A stretch of DNA of 48,897 nt, the filler included, from Catajapyx aquilonaris (taxonomy: Eukaryota): assembly GCA_000934665.2 (NCBI GenBank). It is 2 parts of 2 records of this genome, joined end to end, with 100 filler letters (N's around TTAATTAATTAA, not from the genome) between each part and the next. Parts side by side here need not be neighbours in the genome. Positions count along the whole stretch, not along the records: positions 24,481 to 48,897 come from JYFJ02005512.1; 1 more part is not named here. The stretch is one strand, 5' to 3'. Shown one piece after another: positions 37,630-47,654 of this stretch. The translations under genes were made by a program, and so were the position numbers. Position 1 is the stretch's first letter. Each line of letters begins with the position of its first letter. The notes below the pieces were generated by a model. It saw nothing but the letters and a program-made list of their open reading frames with translations. It ran no database searches and had not been told where the DNA came from.

Positions 37630-37716
37630 AGGGGTATGCTGTACCAACCTAACCTAACCAAGCCTAACCTTCCTTCCTTGTGTGTACAGATCTATCTTCA
37701 GCCAATACATGCCTAT
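37630..37716. repeat. Isolated half-copy of the Merlin intron/MITE hairpin
   Basis: TGTACCAACCTAACCTAACC..CCTAACCTTCCTTCC..TACAG..CTATCTTCAGC..ATACATGCCTAT matches 28134-28204 and 29160-29248. Confidence 0.7.
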
Positions 37717-38371
37717 CCTTTATCCTTGCCTTTGCGACACAGCCCGCTGCCCCCGCCGACTACTACCCTCCCGCCTTTCGCGCGCCAGTAGGACCTATCC
37801 CAACCGAAGAATGAATCGAAGCAGTGCATATTGCAAGGCGTGCAAGCAAGATTGGTTCTTGTGCCTCCTTGGAAAATGTCGCTAGCTAGTGCTAGCAGCA
37901 TGATGCGATTAATGTCCAACACTCTACCATGCTAGGGGGTAAGAAAGGAAGGAGCAAGCCCCATGCCTGGAGTCGTGATGTTCAAAAATAATTGCAGTTT
38001 ATCTTTAATTGTCTTCTGAAACAAATTGCTACCTCGTATTTCACAAATGAATTAAAAAAGATATTTTTTGGGAGGATAGAGCTATGTTAGTGATCCATCA
38101 AGTGGCATTTAAATTTTCAGCTTTCATCCTGTCTGCATTTGTAGCAGAAATTGGGTCCTAATCTTCTCATTGGTTGTTTGTCATTATTTTTGTCAATATT
38201 TTAGAACTATTTTTTTTTTTCTCGTTTCTTATTTGGAAAATGGTCAGAAAATGCAATAGGAACTGACATTGCATCACTCGATTCTTCTCGAGTCTCAGGA
38301 GGATATCATCACATTTTAGCTTTAGAATTATTAACCCACTGGATACTGTTATTGTAGATAGGTAAATCAAT

Positions 38372-38520
38372 GTCTACATGAAAAGTGAAAGTTTCTGTAG
38401 CTAATTTGGTATAGAAAGAAAGACTGGCTGGAGTGGGTAAATGGAAACATTACAGCAGTTGGTAAATAGCCTAGCAAGTGCACATTGGGAAGATTTTTTT
38501 CCATACAGTAAAACCTGCCT
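38372..38520 (+). repeat. Direct duplication (paralog at about 43206-43340)
   Basis: CATGAAAAG..TTTCTGTAGC.AATTTG..AAGAAAGACT..GTTGGTAAAT.GCCTAGCA..CAGTRAAACCTGC shared; inverse terminus GCAGGTTTTACTG at about 43810-43822. Confidence 0.65.
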
Positions 38521-39442
38521 GTAGTGGGCCTTGGATATAAGAGAGACTTGCCTACTGCAAAAAAGTTTTACCACCCCAACAACAAGATATTAATTTCTTG
38601 TAGGGGGTGGTTCCATTTCAGATCAGCCAGTGAGTGAAAAAAGGTGTCAGGTTATAGTCATAGATTTTTTTGAAAAAAATATATGTGAAACCCGCATCCA
38701 ATTGAACTCTTATGGAGCAATCAGATTTACCAGATTAAATCTAGTTATCGAGATATTAATATTTCTTTGAAGGGGTATCAAAATCACAATCACGCGAAAA
38801 CGCACTTTTTCCCGCTTTTTTCATTGCTTTCAATGAGGATATATCGGGAACTCTTCTGAGAACCAACATGAAATTTTAAACCCATGCTTTTGGAATAATG
38901 CACTGTTATGTAATGCATAAATTTACCTCATTTAATGGTACAGTCACCTGCAAAAAATCACAAATTTTGCATATTTTGGTCAAAATGCGCATATTTCGCA
39001 ATTTATTACGCCGTTATGGTAAACGTGACGGTTGTGCTGATTATATTTTGTGATATACTCGGTGACCCCCTCCAGGCTATGAAATAAAACCTTCGTTAGC
39101 TCCGCGTGTAGTTGAGATATGCGAGGTGAAAATATGGCAACAAGCGAAAACATGCATATTTCAAAAATTATTTTCTCCAAAAAGCCATTTTTAATATTTT
39201 ATTTTTATTTTTTATTTTAAAAGGAAAGGCATAGTATAAAATTAACTGGTGTCAAAACCCCGTATATATTTTTTATACGTGAGATATAAATTTTTGTAAA
39301 GTCACAACTTTTGTAATTGTGCTACAATATGCACACTTAAAATAAATATTTTCTCGAAGAAGCCATTTTGAATATTTTATTTTATTTTTTTATCTTACAA
39401 GGACGGGCATGTTATAAAATTAAGTAGTGTCAAAACTAGGTA

Positions 39443-39604
39443 GGGTGAAGTGGGGGAAGTGCACACCCGGGGTAAGTGCACATATTGTGCCGCCATATTG
39501 GAATGAAAATGGCTGACGACACCAATACGCGTCAGCTATGTAGCTGCACAGTGCAGCTACAATATGTGCACTTACCCCGGGTGTGTACTTCCCCCACTTC
39601 ACCC
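39443..39604. mobile_element. TA-targeting MITE nested in the left arm
   Basis: TIR GGGTGAAGTGGGGGAAGTRCACACCCGGGGTAAGTGCACATATTGT; TA duplication confirmed by the empty site in the right arm (about 40775-40795). Confidence 0.9.
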
Positions 39605-40965
39605 TATATATTTCTTATACGTGAGATATAAATTTTTGTAAAGTCACAACTTTTGTAATATATTGTGCTACAATATGCACACTTAAAATAAATATTTTCT
39701 CGAAGAAGCAATTTTGAAAATTTAATCTTTATTTTTTGTATAACAAAGTAGCATGAGTTCTATTATAAAATTATATCAAAATTCGGTATATATTTATATT
39801 CAGTGAGACACGATTTTTTTTTACAGTGGTAATTTTTGTTTCTATGCAACAACATGCACATTTCAAAAATTAATATAAGGAAAACGCCATTTTTAATATG
39901 CAATATTCTTTTATATTTCATATAGGAAAGACCAGTTCTGTCATACAATAATATAAAAACCTGGTATAGATTCTTGGTGGTACAAATTTATGAAAAGTGG
40001 TATTTTTGATTTCGTTTAGTGTCTTTCAACACCCTTGCAGTTACTTCTAAAGTTATAAACTCATAATGAATTATAACAATAGTGAAATTTATTTATATTT
40101 CGTCAGTTGCAACACTCCGTATCCTATCTCATAGACTTGGGTACAGTTGTTCGCATATTAATATGCGTGAACTGATATAGTCTAACTTTTGGTGTGAATT
40201 TCATTATAGTAGGGAACTTACTTGACAGTACTTAAGTAGCAGTCACTTCCTCTTGTCAGGAGAAGTATATGTCAGTGTCATTATTGTACATCCATTGTCC
40301 ACGAACCAATGATGGCAACTTTGAATCCCTTTCGCTCTTGGAATGGCTGCCCAGTGCCCATTCATCTTTTTTTTATTGCTTCCGGTATGCTTCCACTTTT
40401 CAGAAATTTGTATCATCAAGAATCTATACCAGGTTTTTATATTATTGTATGACAGAACCGGTCTTTCCTTAATGAAGTATAAAAGAATATTGCATATTAA
40501 AAATGGCGCTTTCCATGTATTAATGTTTAAAATGTGCATGTTGTTGCATAGAAACAAAAATTACCACTGTAAAAAAAATTCGTGTCTCACTGAATACAAA
40601 TATATACCGAATTTTGATATAATTTTATGATCGAACTCATGCTACTTTGTTATACAAAAAATAACGATTGAATTTTCAAAATTGCTTCTACGAGAAAATA
40701 TTTATTTTAAGTGTGCATATTGTAGCACAATTATTACAAAAGTTGTGACTTCACAAAAATTTATATCTCGCATATAAGAAATATATACCGGGTTCTGACA
40801 CTACTTAATTTTATAACATGTCCGTCCTTGTAAAATAAAAAATAAAAATAAAATATTCAAAATGGCTTCTTCGAGAAAATATTTATTTTAAGTGTGCATA
40901 TTGTAGCACAATTACAAAAGTTGTGACTCTACAAAAATTTATATCTCACGTATAAAAAATATATA

Positions 40966-41888
40966 GGGGAGACTGGGGCACAGTGGACCTTTCCATTTTA
41001 AAAATCGAAAAAGCCGCCAATTTTTTTTCATCTGGTACCTCGTGAAACAAGTCACTGCCATGCTCCTGCCAACATGGCTGGCAACGGCTAGCGATCGATC
41101 GATCGATAGATATCCAGCGAAATCGATTTGAAGATAAGTGAAGTAAATTACTAACCCACAAGTTTAAATGCCACTTCAGGCGTAGATGTTGGGCATGAGC
41201 CTGATATAAAAATCTTGTGGAATAGTTCCGCCCTTTGCCCATGAATTACCGGAAGTTTGGTAAGCCTAACTTGCAATCGAAGTTACAATCATAGCATTAT
41301 GTCAGTTGCTGCTGTCTGGGGCACAGTGGTCCAGTCGTTTGCGGGGCACAGTGGTCCATGTACCACTGTGCCCCGAAATGCACACTGTGTCCCGAAATGA
41401 ACAGCTGTAAAAAAAAATATGTGAGACAGTTATTTTAAAAATGTGAATTAGGTAGAAAAAGGGCAAAACTGATTTTGACAAACCACCCTCCAAATGAACA
41501 ACTGTAAAAAAAAAGGTGAGACAATGCTTTTTAAAATGTGAATTAGGTAGAAAAAAGGGGCAAAACTGCGATGTTGACACATCCTCAAATTGAACAGCTG
41601 TAAAAAAAAATGTTAGGCAATGATAATAAACTTCTTGTGTGAATTAGGGGTCTCAATCACTTCCGGACCACTGTGCCCCACCTATCGGGGTACAGTGGAC
41701 CATTTGCAGGGGGTCGCTTCTAAATTTTTTTAAAGCCAAAAGGATGGCACTGCCTGTGAATATAGTAGTGAATTATATTACCAAGGAGTGTCTCCACCAT
41801 GCCTGAAAATATGGGGTGTGTAGGTATAACAGGTAGGTATATAAAAATTCAAATGTGCAAAAGTGGTCCACTGTGCCCCGGTCTCCCC
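40966..41888. mobile_element. TA-targeting non-autonomous element (pogo/Fot1-like termini) nested in the right arm
   Basis: TIR GGGGAGACYGGGGCACAGTGGACC; TA duplication confirmed by the empty site at about 39255-39280; internal GGGGCACAGTGGTCC repeats and a repeated block at 41395-41650. Confidence 0.9.
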
Positions 41889-42781
41889 TACGGGGTTTTG
41901 ACACCAGTTAATTTTATACTATGCCTTTCCTTTTAAAATAAAAAATAAAAATAAAATATTAAAAATGGCTTTTTGGAGAAAATAATTTTTGAAATATGCA
42001 TGTTTTCGCTTGTTGCCATATTTTCACCTCGCATATCTCAACTACACACGGAGCTAACGAAGGTTTTATTTCATAGCCTGGAGGGGGTCACCGAGTATAT
42101 CACAAAATATAATCAGCACAACCGTCACGTTTACCATAACGGCGTAATAAATTGCGAAATATGCGCATTTTGACCAAAATATGCAAGATTTGTGATTTTT
42201 TGCAGGTGGCTGTACCATTAAATGAGGTAAATTTATGCATTACATAACAGTGCATTATTCCAAAAGCATGAGTTTAAAATTTCATGTTGGTTCTCAGAAG
42301 AGTTCCCGAGATATCCTCATTGAAAGCAATGAAAAAAGCGGGAAAAAGTGCGTTTTCGCGTGATTGTGATTTTGATACCCCTTCAAAGAAATATTAATAT
42401 CTCGATAACTAGATTTAATCTGGTAAATCTGATTGCTCCATAAGAGTTCAATTGGATGTGGGTTTCACATATATATATTTTTTTTAAATCGATGACTATG
42501 ACCTGACACTTTTTTTCACTCACTGGCTGATCTGAAATGGAACCACCCTAGGGAGAAAGCTGTGTACAGTGGAATTGCATGGGGCCCTAAAAAATTTTCT
42601 TAATGGACAGGTTGCCACTATGCTCAGGTCTTTATTTTCCGCGAATTCTTGACTTGAAATTTTTTTGTCAGGGAGAAGGAGAGGGAGATGCAGAGGCAGG
42701 CCAGGCCAGGCCAAGCCAACCAGTGGTTGACAATCTTCCTTGTCCCAAATAAACTGTCTCTCCTTTTCCCAAGTAGTGCCT

Positions 42782-43009
42782 GACTGACAGATGCACTTGC
42801 TTGAACCTGTTGAGCAGCTATTTAGCCTTGCCGGTTGCACTGAAAAAGCCGCTCTCCTGCTACACCGGCAGGGTACTGAACACACCACTGTACAGTAGTA
42901 CACTACTTTGTACAGTACCCTACGGGTATAACATGAGAGCGCCTTTTTCAGTGCAACCCGCAAGGCTAAAAAGCTGCTCAACAGGTTCAAGCAAGTGCAC
43001 CTGTCAGTC
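42782..43009. repeat. About 228-bp fold-back palindrome (MITE core)
   Basis: GACTGACAG.TGCACTTGCTTGAACCTGTTGAGCAGCT...GTTGCACTGAAAAAG is present in inverse at 42940-43009. Confidence 0.8.
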
Positions 43010-43524
43010 CCCGCCACTCGATTAGAACAGAAAGTAGGATGTGACGTCACGCCGCACGGCCGTAATAAATAAATTATTGATTACTGCCGTATTTCTAATT
43101 ATTTTATAAAACCGACCGGGGTTGTCGCCACTTACGATTCTCCCCCCCGCTTGACCTGTGACTCTGAAACACCCTGTACACATGTTTGACTGTAGTAAAG
43201 TCGAGGTCTGCATGAAAAGTTTCTGTAGCCAATTTGTTACAACAAGAAAGACTTGCTTGAGTGTGTAAATTCAAGCATTACAAGAGTTGGTAAATGGCCT
43301 AGCAGGTGTGCATTCGGAATAAGGGACAGTGAAACCTGCTGGTATGAACACCTTTACGGTAAACTAGGTAATGGAATGTGGGTACATTCTCATTGGAAGG
43401 CAGTTGAAGTGTTTCCTCTACTGACAAACCTAACATGAGTGTCTCAAGGTCTACTGCTGGTAACTTTATTAGTTCCTGTCTCTTTCTTGATTGAATGAAA
43501 ATGATAATGGTTCAATAAAGATGT

Positions 43525-43748
43525 TTTTAGTCCCCAAGGGAGGAGAGGTGAAAGCACAGTTCAATGCTAGTGTCAGTTATTTTTTTCTTGAGTGGTTAGT
43601 CTGTAAGAAATCCCACCCGAGTTGAAACTGGAGATGACCTTACTTCTCACAGGATAAAATAGGGGAATATCTGGGCTTTGAGATTGAACCAAAGACCCTG
43701 CCATCAATGGTCACACACAGTATGTTACTGCAGCGTCACTTAGCCTCT
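43525..43748 (-). mobile_element. Older, diverged copy of the tRNA-derived SINE
   Basis: GTGGTTAGTCTGT..GAAAT.CCACCCGAG..GAGATGACC..GATTGAACC...GTTACTGCAGC is collinear with 33133-33280. Confidence 0.6.
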
Positions 43749-43907
43749 GTTAACTAGTTCATGATGGGAGATGATTGCATAATCGAGATGGGGAAGGGGT
43801 TCACTGCAGGCAGGTTTTACTGCAATTGTCATAGTGAATGAATATTATGATGTAAATTGAAGCAGCGAGAAGCAGAAGTTGTTAAGTCCATTTTTGCCAT
43901 TTTTCAG

Positions 43908-43967
43908 GAGAGCAGTTTGAAAGTTTCAATAACGTTTGACGTACCTTCAATTGACATTAGCGTCTCG
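43908..43967 (+). CDS. C2H2 zinc-finger protein, exon C (20-codon linker)
   Basis: CATTTTTCAG acceptor, TCG|GTAATG donor, 60 nt, phase 0/0, open (ESSLKVSITFDVPSIDISVS). Confidence 0.6.
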
Positions 43968-44334
43968 GTAATGTTTCTGTGATATCACTACAATATTGTA
44001 AGTTAATGTAATGTAAATATGGAGTATCTGGTGCCTACACTGCAGGAGAAAAAAAAAATCTGTCTTGCACTTAGCAACTTCTGGCTTGTAGATATTTAAA
44101 TTTTAATTCTTAACCACTGACATGAGGAAATGCAGGTAAATAATATCTCCTAAATTAATTTTAGTCCCTTTATTAGGCCTGAATGTGGTGACAATAATTC
44201 TAAATACGTTTTTATGAAGGCCCTGTTTGGACTTATCAACATCTGGCACGAATTTTCTCTTCAGTGCAATGCTAAGAGTATCCCAGTCTGAAAAGGGGAC
44301 TAGTAATCATCTGGCAGGGATAAAACATTTTTCT

Positions 44335-44460
44335 ATGTAAATATGCATCCCCTCAGGTCCAGATATCAGAGGGAAATAAATATTGATTGATATGTAAATG
44401 TGCATCCCCTCTGGTCCAGATATCAGAGGGAAATAAATATTGACTGATATGTAAATATGC
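44335..44460 (+). repeat. 57-bp tandem duplication (about 2.2 copies)
   Basis: ATGTAAATRTGCATCCCCTCWGGTCCAGATATCAGAGGGAAATAAATATTGAYTGAT at 44335 and 44392. Confidence 0.9.
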
Positions 44461-44655
44461 CTGGTAGAGGCCTAGAATTTGCCCTTATCTCAAAATCGCC
44501 AAAAATGGACTTCGCACCTGGTTCTCGCTGTTTCAATTTAGTAGCGCACACACCTTCATTAATGCCAAAAGTTTGCACCTGTAGACTTGATTCAAATGCA
44601 TGGCTGGACAGTGAATTTTGTTCATTTATTTTCTGATTAACATTTACTTCCCCAG

Positions 44656-44901
44656 GAACTTACGGAACGGTTGTCCCACGGAAATTTTCTGACATGCAAA
44701 TTCTGCGGAGGAGAGTTCCCAACGAATTTTTCCCTTAAGTGGCACATGATCCACCACAAGGCACACATGTGTCGGATCTGTGAGGATTTCTTTCCTGATA
44801 TGCAGGTCCTTCACACTCATGTGAAGTCACACTTGGAAAGGTGCTGGGGTCTGCATGAACGTAGCAGGAACATCATAGAAGAAGATAATCATGCACCGGA
44901 G
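44656..44901 (+). CDS. C2H2 zinc-finger protein, exon D (two fingers); gene continues downstream
   Basis: TTACTTCCCCAG acceptor, GAG|GTGAGT donor, 246 nt, phase 0/0; CKFC...HMIHH and CRIC...HVKSH. Confidence 0.88.
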
Positions 44902-45178
44902 GTGAGTTTTGAACTTCTCTTGATGCAACCATTCTTTTACATGTCATAAGGAAATTGGTCATGTGTATGCAACATTAGTTTCATTTTGTGACAGTTGGAA
45001 CTAGATAAGGGATGCCTTCCATGATTGCTGCTGTTGTGGGGAATGAGAATTTTCATTTCATTGCTCCTAATAATATTCGATGGAAAAGTGTAACTTGAGT
45101 TTTTAAATACCAGCATCTGTTGCTTGAGTAGTGAAAACCTAAGCTTGGAAGTTTAGAATTTGCAATTATTTTGTAGTT

Positions 45179-46317
45179 GGGTCATTCCATGTCAATACAG
45201 ACAAGTTGGTGGCTCGACCATCTCAGAATTTGATATAAAAAATCATGTGCGTACACACCCATGTGCTGTTGCTAAAAACGGAATTTGAGCCACCCAGGTG
45301 AAAATCCCACGGAGATATGGCAACGTATTTCGGCAACAATGGAGCCGGACTAACAATTTATTTCAGGTAGATTCTTGTTGTAACCCCATGATCATACATA
45401 TCAAATGAACAGGAATGAAATGATGAATATTGTGGTGGCAACAGTTTTAACCTAGAACGCAAAATAAAAATTCTAAAAAATTCGCATTATTGTGCAAAAA
45501 TGGCACATTTCCGATGGCCCAATGTCACTGTTAAACACATGCTAGGAGTGTTAAATTAATATGGTAGATACATTGTCATGTGGTCCTTACTACTGTATAA
45601 GGAAAACAATACAGGTCAAGCAGTCTTGGAAATAATAAATCCTGAAATTCCATTTTTCTGTAAGTTGGTCAACTTTGAGGTCATTTTTCTCAATAGAGGA
45701 CTGGACCGATTTTAAAGTTACACGTCTTGAAAGAAGCGTCTCTCCATGCATGACCCAGAGATATAAGAATGGTTCGTGCCCCCCGATCGGTTTACCCACA
45801 GCAAATTTTTAAATGCAGCTCAAAATAACACTGATTATACTGGGATTTCGTATGCTCCTCATTGTTAAACACGTGCTAAGAGTGTGAAATTCATGTGGTA
45901 CGTACGTGGTCATCTGGTCACTACTACTGTAGAAGAACAACATCTCAAGTCAAACAGTCTTGGAAATAATAATAAATCCCACTTTCACATGATTGGGTCA
46001 TCTTTGAGGTCATTTTTCTCAATAAAGGACTGCACCGATTTTAAAGTTACATGTCTTGAAAGAAGCGTCTGTCCATGCTTGACCCCAGGGATATAAGAAC
46101 TACCCTGCACCCGGAGCGGTTCACTCGCAACACATTAAATACAGCGCCAAATAACGTAGTGTAGGTTATAGGAGGATTTTTAAATGTTCGGCGGGTGAAC
46201 CGCTCCGGGGGCAGAGTAGTTCTTATATCCCTGGGGTCAAGCATGGAAAGACGCTTCTTTTAAGACATGTAACTTTAAAATCGGTGCAGTCCTCTATTGA
46301 GAAAAATAACCTCAAAA
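45179..46317. mobile_element. Second Sola2-like element, truncated on the right
   Basis: Starts GGGTCATTCCATGTCAA (similar to the 38605 terminus); internal duplication at about 45525-45770 / 45860-46100; inverted arms 46002-46140 / 46178-46317. Confidence 0.55.
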
Positions 46318-46439
46318 ATGACCAAATTATCATAATTTGGTCATTTGATGCAAATCCTTTGCTCCATAACATCAGCCATTTCGAAAAATCGCAGAAACAC
46401 AAGAACATGGTGTCAAGAAAACTGCAGAAACTCTGAAAC

Positions 46440-46575
46440 ATGTGCACCTATGAAGATGATATTTTTCAGACTAGTAGCTGAAAGGTGCACCTACCGCCCC
46501 CTAGCGTCACAAATTCGTACCTCTACTGGTTTGCACGGTATATCCAAAATCCAGAAAATTTTGGATCACACCTCG
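46440..46575 (+). mobile_element. mariner-like 3' terminal fragment
   Basis: Ends TTTTGGATCACACCTCG-TA, the inverse of a TA-CGAGGTGTGATCCAAAA mariner-type TIR; left limit approximate. Confidence 0.45.
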
Positions 46576-46737
46576 TATTAATAAATAAAGGTAATCATCA
46601 CGAATTCATGCTTTATTATTTTTATTTATGCCAATAAGTAAACGCCGAACACAAGCAATATTACCACAAAAATGTTTAAAGACTATCACTCGAACTGGAT
46701 TTTTTTTAAATTTGCACCATTTCTTATATGCACCCAA

Positions 46738-46914
46738 CAATTGACGTATTGTCAACAGCGCATAACATGAGAACTGATACTCCTACAGATATGAGGTTTG
46801 GACCAGCCGATTTGTTAAGGATTTCCTGGTCCTTGTTCCTGGTTCCTGGTCCAAACCTCGTATCTGTCGGAGTATAGGTTCTCAAGTTATGCGCTGTTGA
46901 CAATACGTCAATTG
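46738..46914. mobile_element. Palindromic MITE-like hairpin
   Basis: CAATTGACGTATTGTCAACAGCGCATAAC..GAGAAC..ATACTCC.ACAGATA.GAGGTTTGGACCAG arms of about 70 bp. Confidence 0.75.
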
Positions 46915-47362
46915 AATTGGTCATTTTGAAAAGGGTAATATTCACTTTTTTTGTCCAAGTGAACTGCTGATGCAGAAGTATCATGTGCTTGGGAATGCAT
47001 CGAATGAGATCGTAAATGGCATCATGCCATACACCGGTCATGGTGAACTGATGCCACTAAGTTTGAAAGGGGCAATATTCAGGGACTACTCTCATAAGCT
47101 TCGTAAGGTACATAGTCGGGGCGGATTTGTTCAAAAAACCTGTTTCGCTCGAATTTCGTGTTAATTTTGATCTGTTTGTGGGAAGTTGTTAAGCATGGTT
47201 AGAAGGTAAAAAATCACCTTGTCGCAATCTTGGAAAAATGGCGGCAAAAGCAGGTTATTCTAGATATTTTATCCTTTTAACCATTCATTTTCTGAAAAAA
47301 TAATTAGACATGAAACATGAAGATAATTATACATGTCATGTCATCGAAGAGTTCTCTATCAA

Positions 47363-47388
47363 TATTATTATTATTATTATTATTATTA
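47363..47388 (+). repeat. (TTA)n microsatellite, possibly the tail of a minus-strand retroelement
   Basis: Direct reading. Confidence 0.85.
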
Positions 47389-47654
47389 TATTTTTTCGTA
47401 CCCCTTGATGGCCCTCTATGGGCCTTTCGGTGGGTGACAGACCACCATACAGTTTTCTATTTAACTTCAATCTCAGTGCAAGGACTGGTTCAGGATATAG
47501 GGTAGGGAAAGGGATTGTTGGGGAGGGGATACTTGTGCAGGTGCATTGTCTAGGCTTTTGGGCCATGTGCAGTCCCCCAATGATGGTTACGCCTATGACC
47601 TGCTGCGAGTGCCTGACCTACATTCCAGATATTTTCCTTTTTGGTCGAGAAGAG

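Larger units (their letters stand above)
38605..42548. mobile_element. Non-autonomous fold-back DNA transposon with about 1.2-kb TIRs (Sola2-like)
   Basis: Termini GGGTGGTTCCATTTCAGATC; 4-bp TSD TAGG (38601-38604 / 42549-42552); arms 38605-40000 and 40393-42548 nearly identical once nested MITEs are removed; GRG termini, 4-bp TSD and long TIRs fit Sola2. Confidence 0.88.

Noticed and set aside
38980..42173. Near-identical ORF pairs (38980-39180/41973-42173; 39763-39948/40343-40630)
   Set aside because: Chance ORFs mirrored in the two TIR arms, with no protein motifs
42520..43050. 176-aa ORF with an internal repeat and a mirrored 74-aa ORF
   Set aside because: Produced by the 42782-43009 palindrome
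47418..47654. 79-codon N-terminal extension of the LINE ORF
   Set aside because: Begins in sequence that looks like an adjacent element or 5' UTR; endonuclease similarity starts only after the ATG at 47655
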